Source: an uncultured Acidobacteriota bacterium (GTDB lineage Bacteria; Acidobacteriota; JAQAZP01). Taken from it: a stretch of DNA of 64,000 bases. Made by a program: the position numbers and the translations under genes. The stretch lies in contig CAWIIB010000009.1 in the NCBI GenBank assembly GCA_963836075.1, positions 2,720,001 to 2,784,000 on the forward strand, read 5' to 3'. A model generated the notes under the pieces. It was not told where the DNA came from. It worked only from the letters and a program-made list of their open reading frames with translations, and made no database searches. Positions 9,280 to 19,180 of this stretch are shown here, piece by piece; within the stretch, counting starts at the first letter, position 1, and each line of letters starts with the position of its first letter.

Positions 9280-10503
9280 TCAGGCCGGTCCCGTCCCGTC
9301 GAGGCGGGCCAGCAGCTGGTCGCGCCATCTGTTGTAGCTGTCCATCTGCTCTTCGGGGACCGAGGTGGCCGGCGGAAACTCCACGGTCAGCGGGTTGACC
9401 CAGCTGCCGTCGATCATGATCCGGTAGTCGCAGTGCGGCCCGCTGGCCAGGCCGGTCTGGCCGACGTAGCCGATGACCTGCCCCTGGCTCACCCGGGCTC
9501 CCTTGCTGATGCCCCTGGCAAAACGGGAGAAGTGGAGATAGGAGGTGGTGACCCGGCTGTTGTGACGGATCCGGACCATCCGGCCGCCGCCGCGGTCCCA
9601 GCCGGCCATGGTCACCGTCCCGTCGGCGGTGCTCATCACCGGCGTGCCGGTGGGCGCGGCGTAGTCCACCCCGTGGTGCGGCATCCGCCGGTGCAGCACC
9701 GGGTGGAGGCGCGAGCGGGAGTAGCGGGAACTGATGCGGGTGAAGGCCAGCGGGGCCTTGAGAAACTCCTTGCGCATCGACGTCCCTTCGGCATCGAAAT
9801 ACTCGGGGCCCATCTCGGCGTCCGCCTCGTAGCGAAACGCCAGGTGCTCCTTCCCGGCGCAGGCGAAGCTCACGGCAAGAATGGTGCACGCTGCGGTCTC
9901 CTCCGAGCCGAGGAGCTGTTTTTCCCTGAGCAGCAGGCGGAAGCTGTCCCCGGCCTGCAGGTCCCGCATGAAGTCCACGGCCCAGGAGAAGATGTCGACA
10001 AAGCTGCGGGCCCCTTCGGGCGGGATGCCCGCTTCCTCGGCCGCGGCAAAGAACGACCAGGTCACCTCCCCGGCGGCCACCCGCTCCACCCAGCGGAAGG
10101 GGTAGCTCCGTGTCACGGCCTGCCAGGCGCCGTCCGCTCCCTGCTGAGCCAGCAGGTAGTGCTGGTCGTCGATCTGAAAGGTCATGGCGCAGAGGGAGCC
10201 GTCCACCGTGGTCCAGAACTCGTAGCGCATGCCCGGTCTGATCCTGGTCAGGTCGAACAGTCCCTCCGTCGCCTCCAGCAACGGGGGGATGAGGACCGCG
10301 GGCAGCTCGTGAGCACCGAAAATGGCGGAGAGGGTCTGTCCACGCCGCACCTCGCCGCTGTGGGCCAGGCTGGACCGGGCGCCACCGGGGATCGGCATGG
10401 AGAGCACCGGTTCACCGTCCGCACCGCTGTCGGCAAAGGCCTGCGGCAGTCCCGGGAGGCACAGACAGAGGACGAGGAAAAGCGCGGCCGGGGTGCCGGG
10501 CAT
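9280..10503 (-). CDS. M23 family peptidoglycan DD-metalloendopeptidase (MepM-like)
   Basis: RISSRY..RLHPV..HHGVDYAAPTGTPV, YLHFS, GQTGLASGPHCDY; signal peptide from ATG 10503. Confidence 0.9.
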   Translation of the reverse strand: MPGTPAALFLVLCLCLPGLPQAFADSGADGEPVLSMPIPGGARSSLAHSGEVRRGQTLSAIFGAHELPAVLIPPLLEATEGLFDLTRIRPGMRYEFWTTVDGSLCAMTFQIDDQHYLLAQQGADGAWQAVTRSYPFRWVERVAAGEVTWSFFAAAEEAGIPPEGARSFVDIFSWAVDFMRDLQAGDSFRLLLREKQLLGSEETAACTILAVSFACAGKEHLAFRYEADAEMGPEYFDAEGTSMRKEFLKAPLAFTRISSRYSRSRLHPVLHRRMPHHGVDYAAPTGTPVMSTADGTVTMAGWDRGGGRMVRIRHNSRVTTSYLHFSRFARGISKGARVSQGQVIGYVGQTGLASGPHCDYRIMIDGSWVNPLTVEFPPATSVPEEQMDSYNRWRDQLLARLDGTGPA

Positions 10504-10555
10504 ACGGCATCGATGTGTGGTGGGGGTGGTCATCGGGGATGGGGCAGGGCGAGGG

Positions 10556-12591
10556 TCAATCGTCTTCGTCCTTCTCTTTATCGTCGTCCTCGTCCTCATC
10601 CTCGTCATCCTCATCGTCTTCGCAATCCCAGCGCACCTGGATCTCGTCCCGATTGATGCGTTTGGTTTCGATGCTGATGCACCGTTCCTGGTCGACCTTG
10701 AACCGCGCGTTGACGTGCACCGGATCGATGTCCTTGCCCGGCACGGTGACCTTGATCTCGAGGGGGTAGCGTCCCACCGGGACCTGGATGCCGAAATCCT
10801 TGAACACCGACCTTTTTACCATTTTCGAGGCCTTGCTCAGCATCCCCTTGAAGCCGCTCTTGGCCGTGCCGCCGCTGAAGTGCTGGCTGTAGATCTCGGT
10901 GCCGTTGGCACGGATGGTCAGCCGGCCGGCCTGGAAGCCGTGCTTGAAAACCACGTCGAGGTAGCCGAAATCCTGGGCGGTACCGGCAGCTGGAAGTTCG
11001 AGTCGGCCGGGGCGTCGTCGCCGGCTGTTTCCCCCGCAGGTTCGGCCTGCCGGGAGGTGCCGGCCGTGCCGCCCGCCGGGACCTGGCCCAGCTCTTCGGG
11101 CCGGGCCGGTTGCTGCTCCTTACTGGTGGCCTGCTGGCTTGTGGTGGCCGGCGGGTCCTGCCGCGGTGGTTTAGTGGTTACCAGCGGGGTTTCCTTCGGT
11201 GGTGCCACAACCCTGGGCGGCGTTGTCTGCTTTTTGGCGGGCTGTTCCACCACCTTGTCGGCCACGGCTTCGGGCTCCGCGCGGACCGGGGGCTTGCCGG
11301 CCGCCGCCGCGTGACGTTCTTCAGGCGGTTCAATGATCTCGGTGGCCGTGCCGGCTTCCGCCGCCTCCGGTTCGGCGGCCGCGGCCGTTTCTTCAGCGGG
11401 CGGCGTCTCGGCCTGGGCCAGCAGCATCTCGGGCGTGTCCGCGGACTGCTGTTCTGAAGACGTGTCATTCCGGTTGTTCCAGACCAGGTAGCTGACCAGG
11501 AAGACCACCACCACGGTGAGGGCGGCGGCAAACCCGATCAGGGTGGCGTGGCTCTTCGATTTCTTCACCGGAGCCGCCGCTGCCGGTGCAGCTGCCGCAG
11601 CCGCCGGCTGTGCCGGGGCGCTCACCGCCGAGGTGGCGGCGGTGGTGGATCCGCTGTCCGGGGCCACGGCCGGGGCGGCCAGGCTGGAGGTGTCGATGGT
11701 CTGGGCGGCCAGGGGCGCCTGGGGCGCCATCATGGCGGCGTCGACGCCGGCGTGGACGGTCGGCTGGCCCTGGAGCAGTTGCCGGAGGTCTTCGGCAAAC
11801 TGCCCGGCATCCTGGTAGCGGTCCGCGGGTGTCTTGGCCAGGCCTTTCATCAGGACCATGTCGAACCCGCCGGAGAGGCCGATGTTGAGCTTGGTGGCCG
11901 GCAACGGTTCCTGGTTGACGATCTTGTAGAGAATGGTGGTGATGTTGTTCCCGGAGAACGGCTTCTCCCGGGTCAGCAGCTGGTAGAAGACCACGGCCAG
12001 CGAGAAGAGGTCCGAACGGCCGTCGATCTGGCCGCCGGCGATCTGCTCCGGCGCCATGTAATACGGGGTGCCGAGGAACTGCCCGGTGCGGGTGAGGCTC
12101 GAGGACTCGATGCGGGCAATGCCGAAATCGGTAATCTTGACCAGGTTCTCCGGGGTGAGAATCACGTTGGCCGGCTTGATGTCCCGGTGGATGATGCCGT
12201 TGCGGTGGGCGTAGCCCAGGCCATCGGCAATCTGCACCACGACCTGCAGCGTTTCTTCAGGGGTAAAGATCCGGTCGCCGTCCAGCAGCTGCTGCAACGA
12301 CTGGCCTTCGATGAACTCCATGGCGATGAAGGAGATCTTCGCTTCGGGGTCTTCGTCAGCGTCGAAGATGGTGACGATGTTGGGGTGGGAGAGATTCCCC
12401 GCGGTCTGGGCTTCGCGGTAGAACCGTTCGTAGAATTCCTTCTGCTCATCCTTGCTCAGCGCGGTGCCGGGATGGATTGTCTTCAGGGCCACCACGCGTC
12501 CAATCCGCGGGTCCTTGCCCTTGTAGACGATACCCATGGCACCCTGGCCAAGTTCGCCAATGACCTCGTAGCGCCCGATCTTTTTCAGCAT
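10556..12591 (-). CDS. Membrane Hanks-type Ser/Thr protein kinase with extracellular C-terminal domain; frameshift at about 10975
   Basis: LGQGAMGIVY, VALK, HRDIKPAN, DFG, GTPYYMAPE; TM; Ala/Pro-rich linker. ORF 10556..10954 continues the protein if one base is added in the GGG at 10975-10977. Confidence 0.88.
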
Positions 12592-12803
12592 GGGATGGTG
12601 TCCGAACGTTGGCGGCAGACTCTATCTGTCGGAACTGACAGAGTTTGCCGATAAGTTGGTCATAAACCGAACCTCGATTGATCGTACGACAAACCGAGCG
12701 GGAGTGTCAATTCCCCCTGCCGGCGTCCGGCGGCGGTTTCCCGCGGATGGAGCGATGACAATCGGATCGACGGGATCCGCATTTTTGCCAGGAGAAGGAA
12801 ATC

Positions 12804-13163
12804 ATGAAGAAGATGCTCTTGATCGCCGTGGTGGTTATTGGCGCCCTGCTGGCATACAACTTTGCCACCACCGGGGAGTTCACCCTGCTGCCCCGGGGCC
12901 CGCTCAGCGGGGAGGAACAGGAACTGCAGCGCCTGGAACGGGAGTTCGAGACGGCGGCCGCCGAGTTCAACCAGGCCCTGCGCTCCGCCGGGCTGGCCGG
13001 TCTGGACACCACCGGAGATGCCGACGCGGCGATGCGGGAGGTGGAGCGGATCGAGCGCAAGCTGGACCAGCTGCTGCAGCGCGTGGAGACGGAGGACGCC
13101 CGCAAGGCTGCCGAGCGGCTGCAGCTGCGGGTCAGGGAGTTCAAGCGCAAGGCCGGCGCCTGA
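12804..13163 (+). CDS. Small membrane-anchored coiled-coil hypothetical protein
   Basis: GGAGAAGGA RBS, N-terminal hydrophobic anchor (MKKMLLIAVVVIGALL), helical charged remainder. Confidence 0.75.
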   Translation: MKKMLLIAVVVIGALLAYNFATTGEFTLLPRGPLSGEEQELQRLEREFETAAAEFNQALRSAGLAGLDTTGDADAAMREVERIERKLDQLLQRVETEDARKAAERLQLRVREFKRKAGA

Positions 13164-13170
13164 GAATGCA

Positions 13171-16100
13171 CTACCGTTCTTCCGGCTCCTCGGCGATCAG
13201 CCGGGCCATGGCGCCCCGGCCGACGGACCAGAAGAGTGCCGGCCGGAGGATGAACTCGAAGAGCGTCGAAGTGATCAACCCGCCGATCACCACCGTGGCC
13301 ACCGGGTAGAGGATCTCCCGGCCCGTCTCGCCGGCGGCGAGGAGCAGCGGTGTCAGACCGGCCCCGGTGGTCAGTGCGGTCATCACCACCGGTGCGGCCC
13401 GTTCCCTTCCGGCACGAATCAGCAGCTCCGGGGTCAGGGGGACCCCTTCCACCTGGATCAGTTGCAGATAGTGGGCCACCAGCAGGATCCCGTTTCTCGC
13501 GGCGATACCGGCCAGGGAAACGAAGCCCACCAGGGCGGCCACGCTGAACGGCTGGCCGGTGGCCATGAGCAAGGCCAGGCCGCCGATGAAGGCAGCCGGC
13601 AGGCAGGCCAGGATCTGAAATGAAAGGTTGAGCGAACGGAACTGGCCATAGAGGATGAAGACCATCGCCGCCAGGCTGGCCAGCGAGAGTTGCAGGATCA
13701 AACGGGTGGCCCGCAACTGCGACTCGAACTGGCCTTCGAGGCGGATAAAGGTCCCCTCCGGCAATCCCGCTTCCACCGGCTTCATGGCCGCCCGGAGATC
13801 CGAGGCCACCTCGCCCAGTGAACGGCCCCCGACATTACAGCTCACCGCCACCCGCCGCAGCATGTTGTCGCGGGAAATCGAGTTTGGACCGGCGGATTCC
13901 TCCACCCGGGCCAGGTCGCCCAGCCGGGCCCAGCCGCCGCCGGGCAGGCTGATCGGGAGCCGGCGCAAGGTCTTGATCGAGTCGCGGTCCGGCTGCTGCA
14001 GACGGACGAAGAGGTCGAAGGAACGTTCGCCTTCCAGCAGGTTTCCCACCACGGCTCCGCCCACCGCGGTTTCCAGTTCGTGGGCCAGTTGGCCCGGGCT
14101 CAGACCAACCTCGGCCAGCCGTTCCCGGTTCATGCTCACGTGGAGCTGCGGCACCAGCACCTGGGGTTCGATGTAGAGATCGGTGACCCCGGGGACCGCG
14201 GCGGCCGCCTCGGCCATCTTGCGGGCCGTTTCGCGCAGCACATCGAGGTCGGTGCCCATGGCCTTAATGGCGATCTGGGCCTGGACGCCGCTGAGGATGT
14301 GGTCGATGCGGTGGGCCAGGGGCTGGCCGATGTTCAGGGCGATTCCCGGCACGTCGGCCAGCCGCTCCCGGACCCGCTCGATCATTTCTTCGCGGGAGAG
14401 GTCGTACTCCGGGTCGAGGGTCAGCAGAATGTGTGAGATGGTGACCGGGGCCGCGTGTTCGTCATGTTCCCCCCGGCCGGTGTAGCGGCCCACCGAAATG
14501 ACCCCGGGCATGCCCACCAGCCGCTGCTCCAGTTCGCCGGCCACCCGGTCCGATTCGTCCAGCGAAGTGCCCGGGGGCATAAAGCTCATAACCAGCGCCG
14601 TTCCCTCGTCAAAGGGGGGCAGGAACTCGGTGCCCAGGGTGAAGAGTGCGGCAAAGGCACTGAGGGCCAGGACGGTGAACAGAGCGATCACCAGTCCCCG
14701 CCGCCGCACCGACACTCCGATCAGCCGGCCGGAGACACGCTGCAGCAGCCGCAGAGCACGGGTCCGCCTGGCCTCGTGGAATTGGGGCCGATCGGCCACC
14801 CGGCGAAAGAGGAGCAGGGAGAGCACCGGGGTGACGGTGAGGGAGACCACCATCGAAGCGAGGAGCGAGACCACGTAGGCGATGGCCAGCGGGGTGAAGA
14901 GCCGGCCCTCGATGCCGGTGAGGGCGAAGAGCGGGATGAAGACCAGAATGACGATCAATGTTCCGCTGAAGATCGGCCCCCGGACTTCCGAAGAAGCGTC
15001 GGCCACCACCGAGGCCACCGATGGCCCTTTCGGCCCACGGAGGCGCAGGCGACGTACCACGTTCTCCACCCCGACGATGGCGTCGTCCACCAGTTCGCCC
15101 ACGGCGATGGCTATTCCACCAAGGGTCATGGTGTTGATGGTCAGCCCCATAAGATGGAAGACCAGCCCGGTGGCGGCCAGGGAGAGGGGCAGGGCGGCGA
15201 GGGTGATCATCGAGGCGCGAATGTTGGCCAGGAAGATCAGCAGGATGATGACCACCAGGATGGTGCCATCGCGGAGCGCTTCCACCACGTTGTCCACGCC
15301 CCGCTGGAGAAAGGTCGCCTGGCGAAAAAGGTCGCTGCGCAGTTCCGCACCCTGGGGAAGGGCCGAACGGATGGCCTCCACCTCATGGTCGATGGCCCTG
15401 GTCAGCGAGAGTGTGTTCACCCCCGGCTGCTTGAAGACCACCAGCATCACCCCGGGAATGCCGTCGATGGAGGCGGAGCCCCGCCGGAACTTTGGGCCCA
15501 CTTTCACAGTGGCCACATCTGCCACCCGTACCGGGCGCTGGCGCTCGGGCGCGACGATGACGTTTAACACATCCCGTATGCCGTGCAGCCGGCCCAGGTG
15601 GCGCACCAGAAACTCCGTGGTGCCCTGCACCAGGTACTGACCGCTGGTATTCCGGCTCGCGTCGGCCAGCGCGTCCTCCACCTGCTCCAGGCTCACTTCA
15701 TGACGGAGAAGCAGGTCCGGGTCGGCCAGCACCTGGTATTGCTTGCGCTCCCCGCCGATGATCACCACCTGGGCCACGCCGGGCACCGAGAGCAGCTGCC
15801 GCCGGACGACCCACTCGGCCAGGGTCTGCAGTTCCATGGAAGACAGGCTGCCGTCCGGGCTGTTCAGCCCGAGGTTGAGGATCTCGCCGGTGATCGAGGA
15901 AATCGGGGCCATTTCCGGATTCACCTCCGCCGGCAGGTCGGTCCGCACCAGCTGGAGCCGTTCCTGGACGATCTGGCGGTTGAGGTAGATGTCGGTGTGC
16001 CAGTCAAACTCGAGACGGACGATGGCGATGCCGTCCCCGGAAGTGGAGCGCATGCGGAGCAGCCCCTGAATGCCCCCCAGCGCCGATTCCAGGGGCAGGG

Positions 16101-16296
16101 TGACCAGTGTCTCCACCTCCTCCGGCGCCAGGCCGTGGGCTTCAGCCAGCACGGTCACCGTGGGCTGGTTCAGGTCGGGAAATATATCCACCGGCCGCTG
16201 GACCAGCTTCATCGCCCCCAGCCAGAGCATCACCCCGGCCAGGGTGAGCACCAGCAGGCGGTGGCGCAGCGAGCTGCGGATCAGGTAATCGAGCAT
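13171..16296 (-). CDS. czcA: CzcA/CusA-family heavy-metal efflux RND permease
   Basis: 1041 aa; VDIFPDL, GLAPEEVE.LVT.PLE, GELVDDAIVGVEN proton relay, FLPPFDEG, GIAARNGILL, PVVMTALT. Confidence 0.93.
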   Translation of the reverse strand: MLDYLIRSSLRHRLLVLTLAGVMLWLGAMKLVQRPVDIFPDLNQPTVTVLAEAHGLAPEEVETLVTLPLESALGGIQGLLRMRSTSGDGIAIVRLEFDWHTDIYLNRQIVQERLQLVRTDLPAEVNPEMAPISSITGEILNLGLNSPDGSLSSMELQTLAEWVVRRQLLSVPGVAQVVIIGGERKQYQVLADPDLLLRHEVSLEQVEDALADASRNTSGQYLVQGTTEFLVRHLGRLHGIRDVLNVIVAPERQRPVRVADVATVKVGPKFRRGSASIDGIPGVMLVVFKQPGVNTLSLTRAIDHEVEAIRSALPQGAELRSDLFRQATFLQRGVDNVVEALRDGTILVVIILLIFLANIRASMITLAALPLSLAATGLVFHLMGLTINTMTLGGIAIAVGELVDDAIVGVENVVRRLRLRGPKGPSVASVVADASSEVRGPIFSGTLIVILVFIPLFALTGIEGRLFTPLAIAYVVSLLASMVVSLTVTPVLSLLLFRRVADRPQFHEARRTRALRLLQRVSGRLIGVSVRRRGLVIALFTVLALSAFAALFTLGTEFLPPFDEGTALVMSFMPPGTSLDESDRVAGELEQRLVGMPGVISVGRYTGRGEHDEHAAPVTISHILLTLDPEYDLSREEMIERVRERLADVPGIALNIGQPLAHRIDHILSGVQAQIAIKAMGTDLDVLRETARKMAEAAAAVPGVTDLYIEPQVLVPQLHVSMNRERLAEVGLSPGQLAHELETAVGGAVVGNLLEGERSFDLFVRLQQPDRDSIKTLRRLPISLPGGGWARLGDLARVEESAGPNSISRDNMLRRVAVSCNVGGRSLGEVASDLRAAMKPVEAGLPEGTFIRLEGQFESQLRATRLILQLSLASLAAMVFILYGQFRSLNLSFQILACLPAAFIGGLALLMATGQPFSVAALVGFVSLAGIAARNGILLVAHYLQLIQVEGVPLTPELLIRAGRERAAPVVMTALTTGAGLTPLLLAAGETGREILYPVATVVIGGLITSTLFEFILRPALFWSVGRGAMARLIAEEPEER

Positions 16297-16315
16297 CGTT
16301 TTCCTCGGCGTCAGT

Positions 16316-17773
16316 TCAGTGCTGGTGCCCGTGGTCGCTGCCGTCGGTTGCGGCGCCGCCCTCGCTCATCTCCTGCAGGGCCAGTTTCAGCTGCAGGGCG
16401 CCTTGCACCACCACTTCATCCCCATCGGCCAGACCGCAATCCAGCGGAAGAATTGCCAGGCCGGCATCAACCGACTCCACCGACACGAAGATGCGGTGAT
16501 ACTCGCCCCCCGTTTTACGGAAGACCGCGGTGCGTCCTGCTTCACGGACCAGGGCGCCATTGGGGATCACAAAGTTTCGTTCAATCTTGCCCGTGGCCAC
16601 CAGGATCTGCACCCGGGACCCGACGCGGTTTTCCCAGTCGAGATATCGGGCGCCGTCAACCGTCTTTTCCCAGAGCAGGTTATTGGGGAAGGGAACGAGG
16701 AAATGGGTCACCCGATTGACACCGTCCAGCGTTCCCTCCACAACGGCGATCCGCAGATCGGGAACCGTGCGGTCCTCGGCGGGGAAAAAGAGGGTCACCG
16801 GCAGATCTTCCCGGGCCGCGCGGCGTACGGCGGCCAGGTCGGCCTCGAAGGCCTCGCCAATGGCCATCAGCTGGTCCAGAGCCACCAGGGAGAAGATCGG
16901 GCTGCCGGCGGCCAGAGTCTCGCCCACCGCCACCGGTCGTTCGGACACCTCCATCTGGGGAGTGCCTGCCAGCCGGGGGGCAAAGACCTCGATCCTGGTG
17001 GACACCGCACCGTTTTCCTCCAGTTCGCGCAACTGGCGGTCGCTCAGTCCCACCACCTTCAGCGAGGCCAGGGATGCCTCCAGGGCGCTCTGGTGGGAAG
17101 CGGTCCGCGCCTCCAGGACCGCCAGGTCGGCTTCCACACGGCGGATCTCCACTTCCAGCGGGTCGTCCTGGGCCCGCAGCACCTCGAGGTAGGCCCTGGT
17201 GCGGTCCAATTCGGTTGTGGCGGCGAATATTTCAGCCCTTGTTTCCACCGCCCGCATCTGGAGCTGCCGTGCCTCCGGATCGACCAGCTCCAGCACCGCC
17301 ATGCGCTGGCCGGCGCGCACCGTGCTTTTCGGCGGCAGGTCGAGCGCCACCACTCGGACCATCGCCGGGGCGGACACTTCCACCTCCCGGTCGGGTGCCC
17401 GGGAGACGACCCCCGGGATCTTGATCGTGTCCGAGTAGAGGGTGGGGCTGACCCGCTCCACTCGTATGCCGTAGGCGGAAGAGCCGGACCGCTCCTCGTC
17501 ACGGTGATCGTATTCCCCGGCCGGGACGTCGGGGTGAGCGTGCCCATCATCTGCCGGTGGCTCGTGATCGTGACCATGGTCGTCGTCAGCCGGGTGCTCG
17601 TGGCCGTGGCCATCGTCCGCCGGCTGGTCGTTGTCCCCGTGGTCGTGGCCCTGGTCTGCGGTGTGATCGTGTTCATCGGCGATCTCTGCCGTGTTCTGGC
17701 CGCAGCCCGGGGGGAGCAGGGCCAGCAGTGCGATCCCGGTGAGGATGATCATCAGGTGAAGGATGCTTTTCAT
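16316..17773 (-). CDS. RND periplasmic adaptor (CzcB-like) lipoprotein with His/Asp-rich region
   Basis: Lipobox LPPGC; His-rich repeats; C-terminal MFP motif GLADGDEVVVQGA; lies between the TolC-like and RND genes. Confidence 0.85.
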   Translation of the reverse strand: MKSILHLMIILTGIALLALLPPGCGQNTAEIADEHDHTADQGHDHGDNDQPADDGHGHEHPADDDHGHDHEPPADDGHAHPDVPAGEYDHRDEERSGSSAYGIRVERVSPTLYSDTIKIPGVVSRAPDREVEVSAPAMVRVVALDLPPKSTVRAGQRMAVLELVDPEARQLQMRAVETRAEIFAATTELDRTRAYLEVLRAQDDPLEVEIRRVEADLAVLEARTASHQSALEASLASLKVVGLSDRQLRELEENGAVSTRIEVFAPRLAGTPQMEVSERPVAVGETLAAGSPIFSLVALDQLMAIGEAFEADLAAVRRAAREDLPVTLFFPAEDRTVPDLRIAVVEGTLDGVNRVTHFLVPFPNNLLWEKTVDGARYLDWENRVGSRVQILVATGKIERNFVIPNGALVREAGRTAVFRKTGGEYHRIFVSVESVDAGLAILPLDCGLADGDEVVVQGALQLKLALQEMSEGGAATDGSDHGHQH

Positions 17774-19074
17774 GGTCCAGTCTCCGTGGCGGCCGAATCG
17801 TCCGCACTGTTCAGCGGCCGTCCCACCGCCAGAGAAAGATCGAGCCAGGTTTCCCTGAGCTGCAGCAGCGTGTCCAGACGTTCGATCCGTATCTCGGCAA
17901 AGGCCCGGTGGGCCAGGAGGAGATGCAGCACGTCGATTTTGCCGGTGGACCAGCGGGCCTGGGCCAGGCGGAATGCCTGGTCGGTGGCTTCGGCGGCCTC
18001 GCCGCTCAATTCGGCCAGCCCCTCTTCCAGGGCCTCCAGCCGGGCCAACAGGATCTCCACCCGCACCGGGAGCGCCCGGCTCTCCAGGTCGAGGGCGTCC
18101 TCCGCCCCCAGCTGCCGGGCCCGGGCGGCTTCGAGATCGGCCCGTGTCCGGCCAAAGAGCGGCAGCGGGATACCCACGGCCAGGCCCCAGGATGTGCCGA
18201 TGTCATCCCACTGCACCGCCGGCCCGAGGTGCAGGTCAGGCAGCCTGGCGCGGCCGGCCTGCTTCACTTCCTGCCCGCGTTGTTCCAGACGCAGCCTGGC
18301 GCCGGCCAGGTCCGGCCCGTTCTCCAGGGCCATGCTGAGCAGGGTTTCGCGATCCAGCTCCGGGGGGGCCCAGCTGAGGGGTGTCGTCTCGATCCACTCT
18401 TCCCCGGGGGGCAGGCCAGCCAACAGGCGGAGCATTGCGGAGATGGAGCTCTCCTCGTTGCGGCTTTCGATAAGCGCCCGGCGGTCGCGGGCGGCGTCAG
18501 CCAGCACCAGTGAGACTTCCAGCGGGTCGGCCAGGTTGGCCTCCCGGCGCTGCGCCGCCAGCCTGGCCTGTTCCGATGACCTGGCGGCCAGGGCCTCGTT
18601 CAGCTCCACCAGCGAGCGGGACCAGGCCAGCCGGGCCAGCTGACGGTCGGCCTCCACCGCCGCCTGGTGCCGCGCCGTTTCCAGGTCCAGCCGGGCCAGC
18701 TCCACGTTCAGCTGGGCGGCGTGCCGCGCCGACGCCAGGCGGCCGCTCCAGGGTATGGGGAAGCGCAACGCGCCCTCGATATCCGATCCGCCGTCACCGT
18801 CCCAGAGCACCCGCCCCTCCAGCTCCGGGTCGGGCCAGCTGCCAGCGCCGCGGCGCGCCGCCTCGGCTTCCCCCAGGGCGGCGCGGGCCGCCGCCACCGC
18901 GGGGTGCCGTTCCACGATCATGGCCCGCAGGTCGGCGGCACGGATGGCCGCTGCGCTGCCGGCGCCGGCGGTGGCCGGCCGGCAGAGGCAGAGCGCCACC
19001 GTGAGCAGCAGGAGGCCGGCCCAACGCCGGCCGTGGCGCCGGCCCGTTTCGATCTGCTGATGACGACTTGCCAC
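17770..19074 (-). CDS. TolC/CzcC-family outer membrane efflux protein
   Basis: Signal peptide; HPAVAAARA..WPDPELE, GPDLAGAR..RLPDL, IPLPLF, GKIDVLHLL; ATGA overlap with the adaptor gene. Confidence 0.87.
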   Translation of the reverse strand: MASRHQQIETGRRHGRRWAGLLLLTVALCLCRPATAGAGSAAAIRAADLRAMIVERHPAVAAARAALGEAEAARRGAGSWPDPELEGRVLWDGDGGSDIEGALRFPIPWSGRLASARHAAQLNVELARLDLETARHQAAVEADRQLARLAWSRSLVELNEALAARSSEQARLAAQRREANLADPLEVSLVLADAARDRRALIESRNEESSISAMLRLLAGLPPGEEWIETTPLSWAPPELDRETLLSMALENGPDLAGARLRLEQRGQEVKQAGRARLPDLHLGPAVQWDDIGTSWGLAVGIPLPLFGRTRADLEAARARQLGAEDALDLESRALPVRVEILLARLEALEEGLAELSGEAAEATDQAFRLAQARWSTGKIDVLHLLLAHRAFAEIRIERLDTLLQLRETWLDLSLAVGRPLNSADDSAATETGP

Positions 19075-19180
19075 GTTGCCCCCGAGAGTGTGATCGGGTA
19101 CAAGGAGACCCTGTCCGCCGATAGGCTACCTTATAGATGGAACTTGTTCAATCGGGGAAGGAAAGGGGCCGGGGGCCGCC

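Noticed and set aside
10504-10614. N-terminal extension MRMTRMRTRTTIKRRTKT of the M23 ORF
   Set aside because: It is an off-frame reading of the kinase's acidic tail codons; the signal peptide starts at 10503.
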